Below, piece by piece: positions 34,333 through 41,149 of a stretch of 41,149 bases of DNA (position 1 is the stretch's first letter; each line of letters starts with the position of its first letter). The notes under the pieces are model-generated. The model was not told where the DNA came from, did not search any database, and saw nothing but the letters and a program-made list of their open reading frames with translations. The stretch covers positions 1 to 41,149 of the forward strand of contig JACPAP010000024.1 in assembly GCA_016180765.1 (NCBI GenBank). The letters run 5' to 3'. Source of the stretch: Gemmatimonadota bacterium. Lineage in GTDB: Bacteria; Gemmatimonadota; Gemmatimonadetes; Gemmatimonadales; GWC2-71-9. The position numbers were made by a program, and so were the translations under genes.

Positions 34333-34410
34333 GTGAGACGTGAGACGTAAGATGTGAGACGTCAGCAGAGGTCGCCGCAACCGTGTCACTTCTCACCTCT
34401 GACGTCTCAC
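34333..34410. terminator. Inverted pair of heptamer blocks (GTGAGAC units) forming a strong hairpin between convergent genes
   Basis: 34333-34360 is gtgagac gtgagac gtaagat gtgagac. 34383-34410 is gtgtcac ttctcac ctctgac gtctcac (reverse units). gtgagacgtcag (34354-34365) is the perfect reverse complement of 34399-34410. Confidence 0.65.
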
Positions 34411-34414
34411 AGTT

Positions 34415-34963
34415 CTAAAGCACCGAGCTGTAGTCCCGCCCCTCACTCATCGCCTGATACACCGCTTCCAAGGCTTCCGGCTTGCCCAGCAGAAACCGGC
34501 AGCGCGCCTGATCGGCGCTGCGGCATTCGACTTCCATCACCGAAACGGGCTGCTGGGAGAGGGCGCCCATGAACCCGGCGAGCAGCCCCGCCGAGAGATG
34601 GCAGGAGGGGTACGGAGCATGGGCCGCCGGATCCGCCTCGGCCCACTCGGCGGTGTCCATCGCGATGCCCGTGGAGCCGACGCGGTTCATCGAGATCGGG
34701 CCCCAGCCCAGCGCCTGGAAGAAATCAGACAGGACGCCGCCCAGCGCACTGGCCGCGATCGCGCCGGGGTCGTCCAGTCCGGTGGTGGTCTTGAGCCAGC
34801 GGCGAAAACAGTGGTAGACGTCGCGGCCCGCGGCGTGGCCCGCTTCCTGCAGCCGCTCGGCCGCCTGGTCCCCGAGGGAAGCCTGCAACGCCTGCCGCAG
34901 CGCCTGGAACCCGCTCCGCCCGAGGCCGACCGTATCGCCGTTCAGCTCGACTACGCCCGCCAT
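34415..34963 (-). CDS. V4R (4-vinyl reductase) domain protein
   Basis: C-terminal SCHLSAGLLAGFMGALSQQPVSVMEVECRSADQARCRFLLG matches the V4R pattern. Confidence 0.7.
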   Translation of the reverse strand: MAGVVELNGDTVGLGRSGFQALRQALQASLGDQAAERLQEAGHAAGRDVYHCFRRWLKTTTGLDDPGAIAASALGGVLSDFFQALGWGPISMNRVGSTGIAMDTAEWAEADPAAHAPYPSCHLSAGLLAGFMGALSQQPVSVMEVECRSADQARCRFLLGKPEALEAVYQAMSEGRDYSSVL

Positions 34964-34993
34964 GCACCCCAGGCCGATTGAAGTTGCGCCAAG

Positions 34994-37791
<2,798 letters not shown>

Positions 37792-37848
37792 GGGCCGGAA
37801 GTTGGCGCTCTCGACGGAGACGCGTCAAGGCGGTTACAATTGGGCCCC

Positions 37849-39189
37849 GTGAAAGCCCTTGCGCTGTGGTTCGTCGCGGCGCCGCTGGCGGCGCAATCGC
37901 TGCCTCCGGCCCGCGAGCCTGTGGCCGAGCTTCCCGGGGCCGGCCGGCCGGTCAACCTGGCGGCGACGACCGCTCGCCGCGACGCGCTGTTCTCGAGGCT
38001 GCCGCCCGGGATCGTGATCGTGCCGTCGGCCGGGTCCCGGGACCTGGAAACCGACGTCCTCCAGGACAGCGATTTCCGCCAGGACGACGACTTCTTCTAT
38101 CTCACCGGACTGGAGACGCCGGAGGCGGTGCTGCTCCTGACGCGGCCCGCGGACGCGCCGCAGCGCACCGTCCTGTTCCTGCCGCCGCGGGATCCGGCTC
38201 AGGAAGCGTGGACGGGGTTGCGCCTGGGCCCCGGGCCGGAGGCGTCCCGGTTGAGTGGGATCCCCACCGTGCTCTCCACGGAGGCGCTGGACTCGGTCCG
38301 CGCCGTGGAGTTGGCGCTCGCCTCCGGGCCGATCTACACGGTGGCGCGGGGACCGGCCTCCGACAGCGCGGTGGCCGCCACCTGGGCCCGGCAGGGCCGC
38401 CGGGATCTCGTGAACCTGGCGCCGGTGCTCGACAGCATGCGGCTGGTGAAGGATGCCGACGAGATCGCCCGGCTGCGGCGCGCCATCGAGATCACCGTGG
38501 AGGCGCAGCTGGCGGCGATGCGGGCCATGAAGCCCGGCATGAAGGAGTATCAGATCGAGGCGACCGTGGAGTACGTCTTCCGCGATCGGGGCGCCGATCG
38601 CGTGGGATTCCCGTCCATCATCGGCAGCGGGCCGAACAGTACCACGCTGCACTACGACGTCAACCGGCGCACCATCGAGGACGGCGATCTGGTGGTGATG
38701 GACATCGGGGCCGAGTACGGACAGTACACGGCGGACGTGACCCGTACCGTGCCGGCCAACGGCCGCTTCACCCCGCGCCAGCGTGCGATCTACGAGCTGG
38801 TCCTGGCGACGCAGCAGGCGGCCCTGGAGGCCGTTAAACCCGGGGTCACCGTGGGCGAGCTCAACGGCATCGCGCGGCGCTACCTGCGGGAGCACAGTGG
38901 CGACCTGTGCCGGCCGCGGACCTGCGATGCCTTCTTCGTCCACGGCCTGAGCCATTGGCTCGGGATGCGGGTGCATGACGTGGGGGACTACCGGATGCCG
39001 CTCCAGGCGGGCATGGTGCTGACCATTGAGCCCGGGATCTACCTTTCCGAGGAGCGTCTCGGCGTGCGGATCGAAGACGACGTGCTGGTGACCCTCACCG
39101 GCTACGAGCTACTCTCGGGCGGCGCTCCGCGGAGCGCCGCCGATGTCGAGCACACGATGAAGCATGGAGCCACTGATGCGATACGATGA
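37849..39189 (+). CDS. pepP: Xaa-Pro aminopeptidase (M24B), signal peptide
   Basis: Metal-ligand regions MDIGAEYGQYTADVTR, HGLSHWLGMRVHD, LTIEPG and RIEDDV. GTG at 37849 gives VKALALWFVAAPLAAQ. Confidence 0.85.
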   Translation: MKALALWFVAAPLAAQSLPPAREPVAELPGAGRPVNLAATTARRDALFSRLPPGIVIVPSAGSRDLETDVLQDSDFRQDDDFFYLTGLETPEAVLLLTRPADAPQRTVLFLPPRDPAQEAWTGLRLGPGPEASRLSGIPTVLSTEALDSVRAVELALASGPIYTVARGPASDSAVAATWARQGRRDLVNLAPVLDSMRLVKDADEIARLRRAIEITVEAQLAAMRAMKPGMKEYQIEATVEYVFRDRGADRVGFPSIIGSGPNSTTLHYDVNRRTIEDGDLVVMDIGAEYGQYTADVTRTVPANGRFTPRQRAIYELVLATQQAALEAVKPGVTVGELNGIARRYLREHSGDLCRPRTCDAFFVHGLSHWLGMRVHDVGDYRMPLQAGMVLTIEPGIYLSEERLGVRIEDDVLVTLTGYELLSGGAPRSAADVEHTMKHGATDAIR

Positions 39190-40235
39190 GGAGCAGGATC
39201 AGTCCGACGAGCAGGCCGAGCTGGACGCGGAAGCGGAGGCGGGAGCCGAGGGCGCCACCGGGATGGTCGGTTTCGTGGGCGGCCTGGTGCTGGGCGCCCT
39301 GATCGGCGCCGGGATCGCGCTGCTGGTCGCACCGGAGCGCGGTCGGGTGATGCGGCGGCGGCTGGCGCGCCGCGTGCGACAGGCCGGCGACGAGATCCGC
39401 GACGAGTTCGACGGACTGCGAGCCGCGGCGCGGCGACGTCTCGCGCGGCGGCGCCGCCGGCTGCGTCGCTTGGGCCGGGCCGTCTCGTAGCGATAGCGGC
39501 CAACAACCGGGCCGCTTCCTCGCGGTAGCTCGGGTCCATCACATCTTGCACGGGAAGGATCGCGATGCGCCGGAGCTGCTCCCCCGCGTCGCCGTCCCGA
39601 TGCCGGTCGAGGTACACCTGCGCGAGCTCCAGACGATGGTAGATGAAATCGGGACGCAGTTCCACCGCGCGCTCCAGATGCGCGGTGGCGGAGTCCCAGC
39701 TCGCGCGACCCAGGAAGCCCGCCCCCAACAGCGTCTTCGCCAGAAACCGGGTCACCCCGGACAGCCGTTGCACCTCCACGTGCCACGCACCCAGCACGTG
39801 GTGCGCCCCATCGTGCCGCGGGTCGAGCGCCAGGGCCCGCGCCGCCTCGTGGTAGATGATCCGGCCGTAGCGCACCTGCTCCCGGCCACCCCGGGTCCGC
39901 GCGTAACGCCCCAGCGCGTGGGCCAGCGCGAAATGCCCCTCGGCGCCCAACGAGTCTGCCCGGATGGCCGCCTCGGCCAAGACGCGGGCCGCGAGGTACA
40001 GGCTGTCGCGGCGGCGATGGTCGTGGCTGGTGAGCTGCTTGGCGACGTCGATCGCGGCTTCCGCGGCTTTCCACCAGGCCCGGTACGAGGTGGAGTCCAG
40101 GGCCAGGGCACGCTGAAACTCGGCGAGGGCGGCCTGAGGCTGGAGCGTGGCGCTCAAGCTGTCGCCGCGGGCCGGGGACGTTGCCGCCGAGGCCTGGAAC
40201 GCGAGGGCAAGGGCAACGCCTGGAGCGCAAGTCAT
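39102..40235 (-). CDS. TPR-like helical-repeat protein with signal peptide and a long low-complexity tail
   Basis: MTCAPGVALALAFQASA signal, then helical repeats (ALAEFQRALALDSTSYRAWW, HFALAHALGRYA, LERAVELRPDFIYHRLELAQVYL). The frame stays open to 39102, running antisense through ytxH. Confidence 0.6.
   Translation of the reverse strand: MTCAPGVALALAFQASAATSPARGDSLSATLQPQAALAEFQRALALDSTSYRAWWKAAEAAIDVAKQLTSHDHRRRDSLYLAARVLAEAAIRADSLGAEGHFALAHALGRYARTRGGREQVRYGRIIYHEAARALALDPRHDGAHHVLGAWHVEVQRLSGVTRFLAKTLLGAGFLGRASWDSATAHLERAVELRPDFIYHRLELAQVYLDRHRDGDAGEQLRRIAILPVQDVMDPSYREEAARLLAAIATRRPGPSDAAGGAAARDVAAPRLAVRRTRRGSRRRPVARGAPAAAASPDRAPVRPAARSRRRSGRPAPGRPRNRPSRWRPRLPPPLPRPARPARRTDPAPHRIASVAPCFIVCSTSAALRGAPPESSS
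39164..39490 (+). CDS. YtxH-domain protein
   Basis: GFVGGLVLGALIGAGIALLVAPERGRVMRRRL is a YtxH signature. The ORF overlaps the pepP 3' end by 26 nt. An alternative ATG lies at 39176. Confidence 0.7.
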   Translation: MEPLMRYDEEQDQSDEQAELDAEAEAGAEGATGMVGFVGGLVLGALIGAGIALLVAPERGRVMRRRLARRVRQAGDEIRDEFDGLRAAARRRLARRRRRLRRLGRAVS

Positions 40236-40264
40236 GCGTGGCGCATGGCGTTGGAGACGGCCCA

Positions 40265-41149
40265 ATGTGGGTAACGCCCCTCATCGAGCGCAAGCGGGAT
40301 CGCGGCGCGCTCACGCCGGGCGAATGGCGTGAGCTGATCGTCGAGTACACCACCGGCCGGGTGCCCGACTACCAAATGGCGGCGCTCTTGATGGCGGTGT
40401 TCGTCAACGGCCTCGAGCCCGCCGAACTGGCCGCCCTCACCGGCGCCATGCTCCACTCCGGCGAGCGACTGCGGCTCGATCATCTGGGCATCCCCATCGT
40501 GGACAAGCATTCCACCGGCGGAGTGGGGGACAAGGTATCCCTGGTGCTGGCGCCGCTGGTGGCCAGCTGCGGCGTCGGCGTACCGATGATCTCGGGCCGT
40601 GGCTTGGGCCACACCGGCGGGACCCTGGACAAGCTCGAAGCCATTCCGGGGTTTCGCACCGACCTCACCGCGGCGGAAGTGCAGCGGCAGATGGAGCGGC
40701 TGGGCTGTGTCATGATGGGCCAGACGGCGGACATCGCTCCGGCGGACAAGAAGCTCTACGCGCTGCGCGACGCGACCGGCACGGTCGAGAGCATTCCGCT
40801 GATCGCCGCCAGCATCATGTCCAAGAAACTGGCCGAGGGCATCGGCGGACTGGTGCTGGACGTGAAGCGGGGGGCCGGGGCGTTCTTGCCCGCGCTGGAG
40901 GACGGGCTGGAGCTGGCGCGCACCATGATCGGCATCGGCGAGCACCACGGCTGCCGCACCGTCGCCTTACTCACCGCGATGGACCGCCCGCTGGGTCGCG
41001 CCTGCGGCAACGCGCTGGAGACCGAAGAAGCCATCGCCACGCTCAAGGGGGAGGGGCCGCCCGATCTCCAGGACGTCACGCTGGCGCTGGCCACCGAAAT
41101 GCTCCTGGTGGCCGGCGTGGAGGCCGACCGGGGCGCCGGCCGCGCCCGG
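40265..41149 (+). CDS. deoA: Thymidine/pyrimidine-nucleoside phosphorylase, 3'-truncated at the window edge
   Basis: Absent from the ORF track because there is no stop in the window. Translation MWVTPLIERKRDRGALTPGEWRELI...VDKHSTGGVGDKVSLVLAPLVA...SGRGLGHTGGTLDKLE carries the DeoA signatures. The frame is open to 41149. Confidence 0.9.
   Translation, partial: MWVTPLIERKRDRGALTPGEWRELIVEYTTGRVPDYQMAALLMAVFVNGLEPAELAALTGAMLHSGERLRLDHLGIPIVDKHSTGGVGDKVSLVLAPLVASCGVGVPMISGRGLGHTGGTLDKLEAIPGFRTDLTAAEVQRQMERLGCVMMGQTADIAPADKKLYALRDATGTVESIPLIAASIMSKKLAEGIGGLVLDVKRGAGAFLPALEDGLELARTMIGIGEHHGCRTVALLTAMDRPLGRACGNALETEEAIATLKGEGPPDLQDVTLALATEMLLVAGVEADRGAGRAR

Noticed and set aside
39199-40353. 384-aa minus-strand ORF, and also 40232-40948 on the minus strand
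   Set aside because: These are alternative frames or antisense to the TPR-like gene and to deoA, with junk composition. The deoA reading on the plus strand has unmistakable signatures.

Overview
Very GC-rich bacterial chromosomal window; third codon positions are almost always G/C. The kinase N-terminus and the general gene style fit a Gemmatimonadota- or Acidobacteria-like organism, but this is a weak inference. I saw no rRNA, tRNA, CRISPR array, transposase or integrase. The content is densely packed operons whose genes are often chained by ATGA/GTGA start-stop overlaps.

Gene content, left to right:
- an edge-truncated Ser/Thr kinase
- a 5-gene Opp/Dpp-type peptide ABC transporter
- lipoate-protein ligase with gcvP and gcvH
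- coaE, tdk, an HU-like gene
- a DbpA-domain protein that looks like a fully inactivated DEAD-box helicase
- a dmpA / dppA(M55) / aminotransferase operon
- a 7-gene chained operon: tandem-repeat hypothetical, O-methyltransferase, HerA-like ATPase, 295-aa unknown protein, Mre11/SbcD, Rad50/SbcC, GNAT
- an M29-like protein, an aldo-keto reductase, a serine-less alpha/beta hydrolase, a YbaK-like deacylase
- folE, a Trm112-like protein, fadD, a Big_2 lipoprotein, a TPR protein, a PRTase, a V4R protein
- ligA coupled to a GAF protein, pepP, ytxH, a TPR-like protein, and an edge-truncated deoA

Best candidate for a novel system: the herA / unknown / mre11 / rad50 / GNAT operon (17219-25806). It has an archaeal-type end-resection core, the NurA slot is taken by an unrecognisable protein with a signal-peptide-like N-terminus, and the HerA P-loop is non-canonical.

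Two repeat families are not explained by the genes:
- 28-bp blocks of four tandem heptamers (consensus GKGARAC). Three sit in one reading phase inside unrelated genes, encoding T-G-N-[GV]-K-R-E-T-like peptides. Two sit as inverted pairs that form hairpins between convergent genes.
- A 95-133 bp palindromic element, present twice just 3' of gcvP and of the aminotransferase, in the same orientation relative to transcription.
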